Under the pieces are notes generated by a model that worked only from the letters and a program-made list of their open reading frames with translations, had not been told where the DNA came from and ran no database searches. This document shows positions 8,878 to 17,651 of a DNA stretch of 53,845 nucleotides, in pieces. Location: IMG/VR virus record IMGVR_UViG_3300042486_000458, positions 1-53,845 of that record; one strand, written 5' to 3'. This stretch comes from a virus. Lineage: Duplodnaviria; Caudoviricetes. The number at the start of each line of letters is the position of its first letter. The first letter of the stretch is position 1. Position numbers and translations under genes: made by a program.

Positions 8878-9085
8878 AAATATAAAAGCAGACTGTGGTT
8901 CTGTAATAAAAGCGGGTGATAAAATATCATCTTCCTACGGAATACCGCCAACTCGGATTTGTGGAAATGTTTTTTCAAGAGACGGTGAGCTTTGGGTAAG
9001 CGTTGATGGAAACCACAAGCCAAAATTGGCATCTCTAAAGGAATTTAAAGAAACTTTGTTTGTAATTTATAAGGAAACACCATGA
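8870..9085 (+). CDS. Hypothetical protein
   Basis: GGAGG RBS; overlap coupling. Confidence 0.65.
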   Translation: MAKNIKADCGSVIKAGDKISSSYGIPPTRICGNVFSRDGELWVSVDGNHKPKLASLKEFKETLFVIYKETP

Positions 9086-9399
9086 CCAACCAACCGAGTG
9101 AGAAGATGAAGAATAACCGTGATGCTGTTCATAGAATACATTGCGGTATTAGTGTTTTGGATGGAGAGAAAGAGTATCCTCCAACTTGCAAATACGGTGA
9201 TGAAGATTGTCCTGTAGTGCTTGAATACAAAACTATCCCCGAATCTGTTATAATACCGAGGGAGGAGTTTGAGAAGGTGAAGGATTTATTGCGTAAGATT
9301 TCGTGCTTAGGAAACGGAGAGCGATTTGGTAACAGTGACGGGAATATATTAGGTCAAGAAGCCCTCGCAATATTAGAGAAGAATGGGGGTGGGGTATGA
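9082..9399 (+). CDS. Hypothetical protein
   Basis: ATGA overlap; GNSDGN motif. Confidence 0.65.
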   Translation: MTNQPSEKMKNNRDAVHRIHCGISVLDGEKEYPPTCKYGDEDCPVVLEYKTIPESVIIPREEFEKVKDLLRKISCLGNGERFGNSDGNILGQEALAILEKNGGGV

Positions 9400-9515
9400 T
9401 TAAATTATTAACTGGAGAACTAACTTTGAAGTATTGGCAATGGTTTTTAATTGCCATTGTTGGGCAGATACTTGGTCAATATTTTAAAGGTGTATTTACA
9501 GGATTAGGATTTTAA
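9396..9515 (+). CDS. 39-aa membrane peptide
   Basis: ATGA overlap; YWQWFLIAIVGQILG. Confidence 0.5.
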   Translation: MIKLLTGELTLKYWQWFLIAIVGQILGQYFKGVFTGLGF

Positions 9516-9516
9516 A

Positions 9517-9840
9517 ATGACGATGCCAGAGAAGATATATGTTTCGATTGGTAAAAAAGGGATACTACGCGTCACTCCGAATGAGGGTGTTTACGATAAA
9601 AACAGAGCTATTTACGTACCAGAAGCCCGAATTGCCGAGCTTGAGGCAAAACTTTCTGGAACACTAGAACAGAATAAGGGCTTTATGAGCTTGGCAAATG
9701 AAAAAATAGAGCGCATTGCCGAGCTTGAGGCGGAGGTGAGGAAGTTGAGGGATGCGCTGGAAAAGTATGCTGATCCTGAATACAACGGATATAACGCGGA
9801 CGGATCTCATGCTCGTAAAACTCTAGGAGACTCCAAATGA
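9517..9840 (+). CDS. Coiled-coil hypothetical protein
   Basis: RIAELEA occurs twice; operon packing. Confidence 0.65.
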   Translation: MTMPEKIYVSIGKKGILRVTPNEGVYDKNRAIYVPEARIAELEAKLSGTLEQNKGFMSLANEKIERIAELEAEVRKLRDALEKYADPEYNGYNADGSHARKTLGDSK

Positions 9841-10154
9841 CCGAAGAAACACTACCGCAAAAACTGCGCATTAAAGCTGATATGATTACCCTATGCGAGC
9901 GCATACAGTGGGGTTCTGAGACTTCGCTCATGCGTGAGGCGGCGGATAGGATTGAGGAGTTGGAGGCCAGCTTAAACGTCGCTAGGATGCAGCGTGAAGG
10001 TCTAGCTCAAGCAAACAACAGCCTATCAGAGCAAAACGCAACGCTATTGAAGCGCATGGATGCCGCGATGAACTATATCAAAGCAATCGAAGGCGATGCA
10101 TACAAGTTATCTGCGGTTTATCTGATATTGAATGGGGGTAAGGATGGAGATTAA
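9837..10154 (+). CDS. Hypothetical protein (EAADRIEELE motif)
   Basis: AGGAG RBS; ATGA overlap. Confidence 0.7.
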   Translation: MTEETLPQKLRIKADMITLCERIQWGSETSLMREAADRIEELEASLNVARMQREGLAQANNSLSEQNATLLKRMDAAMNYIKAIEGDAYKLSAVYLILNGGKDGD

Positions 10155-10332
10155 ACAAGCTGACATAAACGAGCATTACATGATAGTACCCAAACAATTG
10201 ATATTCAGCCGGCGGAGGAAATGTGTAAAATTCGCGCAAAGCGTCAAGTTGTCCTCAGACTACACATGGGATCAGTATATGATGGATCTGTATAAGATTA
10301 TGACAGGGCAGGATACCAATGAAACACCGTAA
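10144..10332 (+). CDS. Hypothetical protein
   Basis: Fills the operon; start chosen at ATG 10144. Confidence 0.55.
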   Translation: MEIKQADINEHYMIVPKQLIFSRRRKCVKFAQSVKLSSDYTWDQYMMDLYKIMTGQDTNETP

Positions 10333-10489
10333 AGCACTCGCCAAGCGCATGAAAAGCACCGCTGCGGATATGCTTGCCATATCGGATGATCTGCAGGAGT
10401 ACAACGCCATGCGAGCGCATTTGTTACAGCAAGACGCAATTAGACTAAAAGAATACGCCGAGGATTTAATTATAGAAGGAGAGAAGTAG
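10319..10489 (+). CDS. Hypothetical protein (56 aa, not in ORF track)
   Basis: AGGA RBS; MKHRKALAKR...EGEK. Confidence 0.55.
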   Translation: MKHRKALAKRMKSTAADMLAISDDLQEYNAMRAHLLQQDAIRLKEYAEDLIIEGEK

Positions 10490-10490
10490 G

Positions 10491-10703
10491 ATGAAAATAA
10501 AAACAGTTAATTATACATACGGCGGCATGAGCCTTGAGTTAATAGCTGAAACCGATATCGAATATATGGTTCTCAAGCAAATATTTACACACGGTGGTAT
10601 GACTATGGGTAACGGTAATACAAAAACACCTGATGGAATGGCTACTGGGTTCTATTTAAATACATCCTCTAAAAGAGAAGGAGAGGAGAGAAGTGATGGA
10701 TAG
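10491..10703 (+). CDS. Hypothetical protein
   Basis: GGAG RBS; operon packing. Confidence 0.6.
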   Translation: MKIKTVNYTYGGMSLELIAETDIEYMVLKQIFTHGGMTMGNGNTKTPDGMATGFYLNTSSKREGEERSDG

Positions 10704-10884
10704 GGATGCTATAGAATTTTATGCACTTATATTAATACTTATACTTTTTTATATTATAGGAAACAATATATTCAAGAACGACACATCCGCCGATAAACTA
10801 TCCAAAATCTGCGCCATCGTTCAAGCAGACAGCGATTACATAGACAACGATTCAGAGCTTTATAAAGCGTGTGAGGGGATATGA
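10696..10884 (+). CDS. Small protein with N-terminal membrane anchor
   Basis: FYALILILILFYIIG. Confidence 0.6.
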   Translation: MDRDAIEFYALILILILFYIIGNNIFKNDTSADKLSKICAIVQADSDYIDNDSELYKACEGI

Positions 10885-11006
10885 AAAGTTTAATGTGCTG
10901 GTTTATGGGTCACTGGTATATGATTACCTATGATTTTGATAAAACTAACTCAATCAAAGAAGCGAGATTTTATATATGCAGATATTGCGGAAAGAAAAAA
11001 AGATGA
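10881..11006 (+). CDS. 41-aa Cys/His microprotein
   Basis: CWFMGHWY...CRYCGK; ATGA overlaps at both ends. Confidence 0.6.
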   Translation: MKSLMCWFMGHWYMITYDFDKTNSIKEARFYICRYCGKKKR

Positions 11007-11329
11007 AACATGATTACAAACAGGCGTTGGGAGTTTTTCAAGATTGGCTTGATAATGACCTTGGTGGTATTAAGGTATGCTTTCACGCGGACGCCATCCG
11101 TTCCGCGCTTGAGTTGGCAATAGCTTTACAGCCGAAGCCGATTAGTGAAGCACCGAGGGATGGGACGCCCATTCTAGCCTACAGCGAGACAAGAGGGCTT
11201 GAAAGTCCTGTCCAATGGGGGCGGTATGAGCGTTTCGATCTAAACGGATATAGTGGAGCCATAAGCAATTACGTTTATTACTATGACCTATCAGCATTGC
11301 CTAAAGTGGAGGAAACAAATGAAGATTAA
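11003..11329 (+). CDS. Hypothetical protein (PISEAPRDGTPIL, DUF551-like)
   Basis: Motif plus ATGA overlap. Confidence 0.65.
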   Translation: MKHDYKQALGVFQDWLDNDLGGIKVCFHADAIRSALELAIALQPKPISEAPRDGTPILAYSETRGLESPVQWGRYERFDLNGYSGAISNYVYYYDLSALPKVEETNED

Positions 11330-11567
11330 CCGAGAAGAGTTGAAACGCGACCTAGCCGAATTTAAACTACTACGCTGCGATGATGCTGGTGAACTACACG
11401 GCGAGAACAAAACAGTTTATAATGCGGCATTACAATTCTGGAAAATGTCCGACCCTAAGTACGTGCCGACGGAGGAGATGATAGAAGCCGCAAGGCGCAG
11501 GGATGAGACCTCGGACCTATATGTAGACATTTTCCGCGCAATGATTGCAGAACTGGTGGAGGGGTAG
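11319..11567 (+). CDS. Hypothetical protein (PTEEMIEA motif)
   Basis: GGAGG RBS before ATG 11319. Confidence 0.65.
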   Translation: MKINREELKRDLAEFKLLRCDDAGELHGENKTVYNAALQFWKMSDPKYVPTEEMIEAARRRDETSDLYVDIFRAMIAELVEG

Positions 11568-11638
11568 GATATGCAGGGGCATTTTGATGCTGAAATTATA
11601 CAAAAATCTGAGTTAATTTTAAGATAAAGGAAAGCAAA

Positions 11639-12610
11639 ATGAATAATATTCTATGTATATATCACGGTAATTGTGCGGATGGTTTCAGCGCGGCATGGGC
11701 AATTTGGAAACGGTTTCCAGATGCTCAATTTCATGCAGGTGTTTATGGGCAAGAGCCGCCAGATGTTAAGGATAAGCACGTTGTTTTAGTAGACTTTTGC
11801 TATAAACCCGATGTTCTCGACAAGATGACGGAAACGGCTAAATCTATTCTGATATTGGACCACCATAAATCAGCAGTCGAATCCGTTCTTGCGGAGAAGA
11901 TGATTGGTATTTGTCCACCTGTTGATATGTTTAATAAATACACTGGCCCGATTACATGGGAACGTCACTTGCAAAATGTCTATCAAGATATTGGTGAGGG
12001 TATTTATAAAGCCGTGGTTTATACGCTTTTCGATATGGATCGTTCTGGCGCAATGATTGCTTGGCAATTCTTTCATCCAGAAAAAGATATACCGCAGCTT
12101 ATTAAGCACGTTGAGGATCGTGATCTATGGCGTTTCAAGTTGGGATACACGAAGGAAATACAAGCGGCTGTCTTTAGTTATCCTTACGATTTTGAGACAT
12201 GGGATTGGCTTATGTCTTATGCTGACGATGTCGATGGACATAAAAGCCTTGTGCATCAAGGTAGAGCCATAACGAGAAAGCATGAAAAAGATATTGCAGA
12301 GCTTTTGAGCGTCACAAAAAGACAAATGGTAATTGGTGAGCATGTTGTTCTTGTTGCTAACCTCCCTTACACAATGGCGAGCGATGCTTGCCATGAATTG
12401 TGTAAAATGCAAGTCCATGATTGTTTTGGTGTGTTAATTGGCGATACGCCATTCGCAGCGTCATATTATGATACTAATGACGGCAGGGTATTCTCATTGC
12501 GTTCAATTGGTGATTTTGATGTATCGGAAATAGCCAAAAAATACGGCGGAGGAGGACACAAAAATGCTGCTGGTTTCAAAATGCCAATTGGGTGGGAAGG
12601 CGATGCTTAA
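11639..12610 (+). CDS. DHH/DHHA1-family phosphoesterase
   Basis: YHGNCADG, VDF, LDHH, EDRDLW, FSLRS, GGGGHKNAAG. Confidence 0.9.
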   Translation: MNNILCIYHGNCADGFSAAWAIWKRFPDAQFHAGVYGQEPPDVKDKHVVLVDFCYKPDVLDKMTETAKSILILDHHKSAVESVLAEKMIGICPPVDMFNKYTGPITWERHLQNVYQDIGEGIYKAVVYTLFDMDRSGAMIAWQFFHPEKDIPQLIKHVEDRDLWRFKLGYTKEIQAAVFSYPYDFETWDWLMSYADDVDGHKSLVHQGRAITRKHEKDIAELLSVTKRQMVIGEHVVLVANLPYTMASDACHELCKMQVHDCFGVLIGDTPFAASYYDTNDGRVFSLRSIGDFDVSEIAKKYGGGGHKNAAGFKMPIGWEGDA

Positions 12611-12646
12611 CGCCGAAGTAATCCATAACGCGGAAATGAGGTTAAT

Positions 12647-12775
12647 ATGAAACAATCAGATGGGTACGGAATAACGGGTCTTTTATGTTTAACGCAAATT
12701 AGCAATAATTACGCTATATTTGCTGCAGCGTTAGCATTTATAATTGCTATTGTGTGTATTTGTAGGGATGAATAA
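12647..12775 (+). CDS. 42-aa membrane peptide
   Basis: GAGG RBS; YAIFAAALAFIIAIVCIC. Confidence 0.5.
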   Translation: MKQSDGYGITGLLCLTQISNNYAIFAAALAFIIAIVCICRDE

Positions 12776-12802
12776 AAACCCCCGCTTTTTAGGGCGAGGG
12801 GT
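12774..12802 (-). terminator. Intrinsic terminator ending the late/lysis operon at the convergence point
   Basis: Minus strand ACCCCTCGC..GCGGGGGT followed by TTTT. Confidence 0.7.
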
Positions 12803-12901
12803 ACGCAGTGAGATAAGTTTATTACATTTCCGCTTGACGGGCAAGCCTAATCTTCCATCTCCATCTGAATGGCTTCCACGATGGTTATATCACCAGCGCA
12901 G

Positions 12902-13084
12902 CTACCCGCAGTTATTATTACAAACACACTCAAAAGCAGCAGCTTCATCTATTGATCCAATCCACTCGGGCCGAACGATCTGGCAATAATCATTTGAGAT
13001 TGTACTTTTTGCGCAGCTTGTCACGATAGGCAGAGTCAACACGAGAGCGAGCAATAGCTTTGTTTGCCTTGTCAATGTTCTCAA
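12902..13084 (-). CDS. o-spanin (Rz1-like lipoprotein)
   Basis: AGGAG-7nt-TTG start, signal KLLLALVLTLPI and lipobox VTSC; overlaps the i-spanin gene. Confidence 0.7.
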   Translation of the reverse strand: MRTLTRQTKLLLALVLTLPIVTSCAKSTISNDYCQIVRPEWIGSIDEAAAFECVCNNNCG

Positions 13085-13202
13085 GCGTAGTCTCCTGTAT
13101 CTTCTCTTTCGTAGCCTGTTTCCCCGAGTTGTACGAGAAAAGCGCGACAGTGAGAACAGCCGCACTGCGTAGCATGTCCCAGATCCATCCGAATGAATTC
13201 AT
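12990..13202 (-). CDS. i-spanin (Rz-like)
   Basis: N-terminal TM segment plus short helical periplasmic domain, downstream of the endolysin. Confidence 0.65.
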   Translation of the reverse strand: MNSFGWIWDMLRSAAVLTVALFSYNSGKQATKEKIQETTLENIDKANKAIARSRVDSAYRDKLRKKYNLK

Positions 13203-13205
13203 GCA

Positions 13206-13418
13206 TTACTTCTTCTCTATTGGTGTGCTGTTTTTAAGCCCGTCAATTGCGTTGTTTAGCGTTTCCAGTAGCGGAATAAACGCATCATCCACTTTATTAG
13301 AGCTTGCCTTAAAGCTCTTGATAAGCGCAGTAGAACCCCACGCCAAGCCAGTCGCAATGACACCAGCAAGAAAAGTGGCAATCATTGTAGCAGTCTCAGA
13401 ATTTAAAAAATCTTCCAT
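13206..13418 (-). CDS. Holin candidate
   Basis: One TM segment; lies between endolysin and spanins. Confidence 0.5.
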   Translation of the reverse strand: MEDFLNSETATMIATFLAGVIATGLAWGSTALIKSFKASSNKVDDAFIPLLETLNNAIDGLKNSTPIEKK

Positions 13419-13423
13419 TTGTA

Positions 13424-13855
13424 TTACTCCTTTTCCAATTGAAAATGCATAGCGTCAAAAAAGCTGTTATCCAGCGTTTGACCATCTCTATCAAAATCAC
13501 CGCCCCATGTGATAGCAATGCCCTCAGCTTTACCAGCCGCGAGCATTAAACCAGCCAGTAATCCAAAGCGCGAAATCTCTTTAGCGTTACCAGCGCGGAC
13601 CGCCCCCATATCAATCGGGGACGGGTAGAGGTCAACCGCATGACCGAAGCCATCGGGTTGCCTTAGATGCCGTGATTTAAGCGTCTGTGTCGCTTTTTCT
13701 TTCAATAGCTGCTCTTGCCGCTCTGGTGTTCTTAAACCCTCTGCAACGGCAAAATCCATAACCTGCATATCCATTACTGTATGGACGACTCGGACTAAAT
13801 CAGGATGAACACCCTTTAAACGGTCTAGGCTTTGCTGTGAGAATTTGTACTTCAT
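13424..13855 (-). CDS. Endolysin, M15-family L-Ala-D-Glu peptidase
   Basis: LKGVHPDL, EGLRT..RQ, SRHL, GHAVDL, WGGDF, DAMHFQL. Confidence 0.9.
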   Translation of the reverse strand: MKYKFSQQSLDRLKGVHPDLVRVVHTVMDMQVMDFAVAEGLRTPERQEQLLKEKATQTLKSRHLRQPDGFGHAVDLYPSPIDMGAVRAGNAKEISRFGLLAGLMLAAGKAEGIAITWGGDFDRDGQTLDNSFFDAMHFQLEKE

Positions 13856-14067
13856 TTCGCATACCTTCCGCGTTTATTGTTCTTACCTAACCGTTCAACT
13901 GCAATTTTTAGTATTTTTATTTCATTCTCTAATGAGATTTTATCTCGTTCACTTTTCGCCGATTCACAAAACAGATCAAGATTTCTTGACTTTAAGCGAT
14001 TGATTTCTTCAATCTGCTTATTATTGTCTGCCTTCAATTTGTTATATGTGGATTTCAATACGAACAT
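13852..14067 (-). CDS. Small coiled-coil hypothetical protein
   Basis: AGGA RBS; ATGA overlap with the endolysin gene. Confidence 0.6.
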   Translation of the reverse strand: MFVLKSTYNKLKADNNKQIEEINRLKSRNLDLFCESAKSERDKISLENEIKILKIAVERLGKNNKRGRYAK

Positions 14068-14078
14068 GACCTATCCTA

Positions 14079-14399
14079 TCACGGGGTTAACAGACTTGCA
14101 ATCATAGCGGCAATCGCCTTTGCGTTATGCAGAGCGGCACCAACTGCGCCCGAGGCCATAGAAACGCCGAATAATACGCCGTTGGAATAGCCTTTAGCCG
14201 TATGGCGCATATTCTCCAAGTTGGAAACAATCGGCTCTATTTCCTCAATTTTCGCCCGTAATTCGCGTATATCCCGCCCTTGGTGTAATTGAGTATCCCG
14301 AACTTCTCCCAAAGTACGGCTCATAGTATCAACACTTCTAACAACGTGTTCAACACGTTCCGCCATCGCGCCCACCTGAACTTGTAGATTTGTATCCAT
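14079..14399 (-). CDS. Coiled-coil protein with C-terminal hydrophobic segment (holin/antiholin-like)
   Basis: Architecture and position at the head of the lysis cassette. Confidence 0.55.
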   Translation of the reverse strand: MDTNLQVQVGAMAERVEHVVRSVDTMSRTLGEVRDTQLHQGRDIRELRAKIEEIEPIVSNLENMRHTAKGYSNGVLFGVSMASGAVGAALHNAKAIAAMIASLLTP

Positions 14400-14443
14400 G
14401 TTATAATACCATATTTAGAGTTAACATATAACTATTGAATGTG

Positions 14444-15265
14444 TTAGTTAGCGGAATGTGTAAGCGATACCCCAACAGGACCATACGCGCCATCTTTGGG
14501 GTAGAACTCATCTGGTCTGTCAAACGTGATAATACCACTATTACCATTAAAATTATAGGTCATTGTTTTACCATCCAGCGTCCATGAATAGCAGTATTTA
14601 TGGCCTTCTTTTAGCTGGTCTTTAGGAAGTAACTGAATAGTTTTATCATCTTCGGGCAATCCCCATTTTGTTTTGATCTGTGCCCGAACGCCATTTTTAC
14701 CAGTAACCCATTTAAAATATGGCGTATCGGATTTAACACCGTTCACAGTCCAAGGCGTCCCGTGGACTTGAGTAAATACCGTGTCCGCCGTTCCTAGATT
14801 TAACTTATGAAACGTCACGCAATTCTTTCTGGATATAGAATCACCTTGCTTGTAATTCGTCTTTGTTGCCATGTCTTTGTATTCCCTGCGTTCAATGCGA
14901 AGGAATTTGGCGTTTGCTGTTGGTGTTCCCATTAGCCCTGCTGGAAGTGAATAGGTAATAGAGCCATCCGAATTAAACTTGATATATTCCGAGGTCATCT
15001 TCATAACTTCAAGCGCGGGATACTCTTTCGCATCTGGAAATGTATACTTGGAATTCTCGAAATTACCATAAGGATATTTTATCTGTGGCACTGATCCTAA
15101 TGCATCAACTCGCGCTTCAAGCTCTGCTATTTTTTTAAGTATATCCTCAATCGTGTCATTTTGCGCCGCAACCGTTCCATCAAGTTTTGAGGTATCAATA
15201 AGCTGCGCGTTTGCCGAGAAGAAAGGTACGCAGAGAAGTAAGAATATATAGATATATGTTTTCAT
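14444..15265 (-). CDS. Secreted polysaccharide lyase family 7 (alginate lyase)-like protein
   Basis: Signal peptide ending ANA. PL7-like motifs RIERRE (RxELRE), TQVHG (QIH) and FYPKDGAY (YFKAGxY). Confidence 0.6.
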   Translation of the reverse strand: MKTYIYIFLLLCVPFFSANAQLIDTSKLDGTVAAQNDTIEDILKKIAELEARVDALGSVPQIKYPYGNFENSKYTFPDAKEYPALEVMKMTSEYIKFNSDGSITYSLPAGLMGTPTANAKFLRIERREYKDMATKTNYKQGDSISRKNCVTFHKLNLGTADTVFTQVHGTPWTVNGVKSDTPYFKWVTGKNGVRAQIKTKWGLPEDDKTIQLLPKDQLKEGHKYCYSWTLDGKTMTYNFNGNSGIITFDRPDEFYPKDGAYGPVGVSLTHSAN

Positions 15266-17650
15266 TTAAGCCACCACGTTCCATTGTGTTCCATTATACA
15301 TTACTTGAGCCTTACCATAATTTGTACCAATAACATATGTTGCGCTGCCATCAATATTACCAGACGCAGGCGTTATTGTAATATTATGAGAATTCGCATC
15401 ACCCCTGCCATCTTTAATCGTATAGATACGACCCTTTAATGGATTGGCTGGTAGGTTAACAGTCGTTGCGCCGCCGACAGTTTTATTGACGATAATAATA
15501 TCATCCAAGTGTTCAACAGTAACTGCGCCAGATGCTGTAACCGTTCTCGGCTTTGTGCTACTACCTGTGTCAACATTTGCCACACAGCCAGCCGTTGTTG
15601 TAAGGCTATAATCCCTTGCGTTACTGCCAAGGATAATTTGACAATTTTCAGTCACATCAGCATCAATAATGCCGCGCCCACGTGAGCCTGATAGATTAAT
15701 GGTGCAATTCTTCCCCTTGGTAAACTTCCAAGCATCCAGCGTTGTTGGATTACCGCTCGCGCCTATAATCTCGCCCGCTCCTGTACTAAACTGTACCAGC
15801 GTTCCCATATCAATCATCCAGTTACCTAAATGAGCATCACGGGAGTAGAACCCGTTTGCGCCAATTTCAAGGCCGTAAACATTCTGGACCTTTGCGCCGT
15901 AAACATACAATCCACTTGCATTCGCCACGCGCCCGATGCGGAACGCCGCCTCATCTGGTTGCCCTGCGCCGTTCGCTGCTTGCCATTGCGAGACTGACAA
16001 TTGACCCGCAACATATCTGCATCCCTGAATATCAAGCAATGTGCCGTAACCATGGATAACATGGAAATTATTAAAGAACATCGTGTCAGCCCATGCGCGG
16101 GATGAGCTGCCGCTTGAACTTGTCCCCGCACCAACAACGATACACCTGCGCCCGTTATGGCCTCGCATCAAACCAGACAATCTCGAAGCCTTGCCGTTAC
16201 GGAATAGGAAGCATGGCGCGTCATCACCAGCAGTATTATTGGCATAGGAAGCAGGATCAACACGCGGCTCTAATCGCATAATATAATCCTGCCATGAGTC
16301 AAGCCCTTCTGATTCGTAGACTGCAAATTGATAATTAGAACCTGAGATAAACCACTGCATACTATCAGGCGTACCAGATGTAGCTTTAAACGCGCAGTAC
16401 AAATACTTTGAATATGTGCCGCGCACATTGACAACGTGTTTTTCATTCTCTGTATTCGTACCAACAGAGACATAACAATATGTCGCTGAGTAATCATACA
16501 CAGAGTGCGGGCCACGATCACCGCAATGGAGAACGCCGATACAAGACGGGTTTGTCGTCCAGTCAAAGTTACCGTCACCACGTACAACGACACGCTGGCG
16601 GTAGGATGAACGAATAGAGCCACCAAGCGCACCAGCTTTAACAATAACACCCAACCTGCGAATACGGCCCGACCACTCCACCATATCAATGGTATCAATA
16701 TTGGATTGTGTACCACTTTGGAATAAGTAATACGTTCCTGAATAGGCTGTTGTGAACGCTAAAGCTGCGCCGCCATTTGTTGATGAAATAGTAAATGTAT
16801 CGGCTGATAAAACATCTTTGACGTAATACGTTGTAAGGAATGTTAAAGACCCCGGCAATCTTCCACCATGGGATACGCCGAACATAAAACTGTCACCAGA
16901 TGCAAGACTGTGTGCTGTCAGATTTACAATGCCGGGCGTTCCTGTTGTAAACGTAACTTCACGGTTTGTCTGTGTCGCGGTAAAGAATGTAGCGGGGTTT
17001 GATCCTGTTGATGTGCGCTCAGTACCGCCTTGGAATAGAAGATTTTCACCTTCAAAGTGGGTCATGTTGATGTCAACTGTTTCAGTACATTGCAACACGC
17101 CTGCGCCAGTTAATGTTATGTTATACAAGCCAGCCGCCCAAGTTGCTATATTCTGGAATCTCGAATGCCATCCAGTAACGCCAGCAGCACATTGAATGCC
17201 GAGTGCGCGAATGTCAACCATACCACCCGCTTCTGGGATTATAACGAAACGGTAGTTAGTCCCCTCAATGTACCCATCAGATGTGAATGTACCAAGCGTA
17301 CCAGAATACGGTACATCTGGATCGCGAATTTCAGCAATACGGTATAAACCACCTGATTCATACGCATGACCTATATACCATTGTAATGTGCGAATAAGCG
17401 TACCAACTTCATAACCAGTTGGTAACTGCGTCATATTATCATCTGGTGCTGCGCTGTTAATTGCCCATTTCTTTGAAATGATAGAACTCGCACCTAAATC
17501 CTCAACCTCATCAGACATTGTAATAAACGCGCTATCCATCAAATCTTTAAACGCTGTTCTTACCTCTGATGGCGTAATATCATTAGTGTCATTATCCTGA
17601 ATATATTGGTCAACATATTGCTTTAAATCTGTTCTGTTTTTTGCTGTCAT
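15266..17650 (-). CDS. Tail spike / receptor-binding protein
   Basis: Gly/Thr-rich beta composition, N-terminal IQDNDTNDITP..VR motif, C-terminal TVNLP..GRIYTIKD..W module. Confidence 0.7.
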   Translation of the reverse strand: MTAKNRTDLKQYVDQYIQDNDTNDITPSEVRTAFKDLMDSAFITMSDEVEDLGASSIISKKWAINSAAPDDNMTQLPTGYEVGTLIRTLQWYIGHAYESGGLYRIAEIRDPDVPYSGTLGTFTSDGYIEGTNYRFVIIPEAGGMVDIRALGIQCAAGVTGWHSRFQNIATWAAGLYNITLTGAGVLQCTETVDINMTHFEGENLLFQGGTERTSTGSNPATFFTATQTNREVTFTTGTPGIVNLTAHSLASGDSFMFGVSHGGRLPGSLTFLTTYYVKDVLSADTFTISSTNGGAALAFTTAYSGTYYLFQSGTQSNIDTIDMVEWSGRIRRLGVIVKAGALGGSIRSSYRQRVVVRGDGNFDWTTNPSCIGVLHCGDRGPHSVYDYSATYCYVSVGTNTENEKHVVNVRGTYSKYLYCAFKATSGTPDSMQWFISGSNYQFAVYESEGLDSWQDYIMRLEPRVDPASYANNTAGDDAPCFLFRNGKASRLSGLMRGHNGRRCIVVGAGTSSSGSSSRAWADTMFFNNFHVIHGYGTLLDIQGCRYVAGQLSVSQWQAANGAGQPDEAAFRIGRVANASGLYVYGAKVQNVYGLEIGANGFYSRDAHLGNWMIDMGTLVQFSTGAGEIIGASGNPTTLDAWKFTKGKNCTINLSGSRGRGIIDADVTENCQIILGSNARDYSLTTTAGCVANVDTGSSTKPRTVTASGAVTVEHLDDIIIVNKTVGGATTVNLPANPLKGRIYTIKDGRGDANSHNITITPASGNIDGSATYVIGTNYGKAQVMYNGTQWNVVA

Positions 17651-17651
17651 G

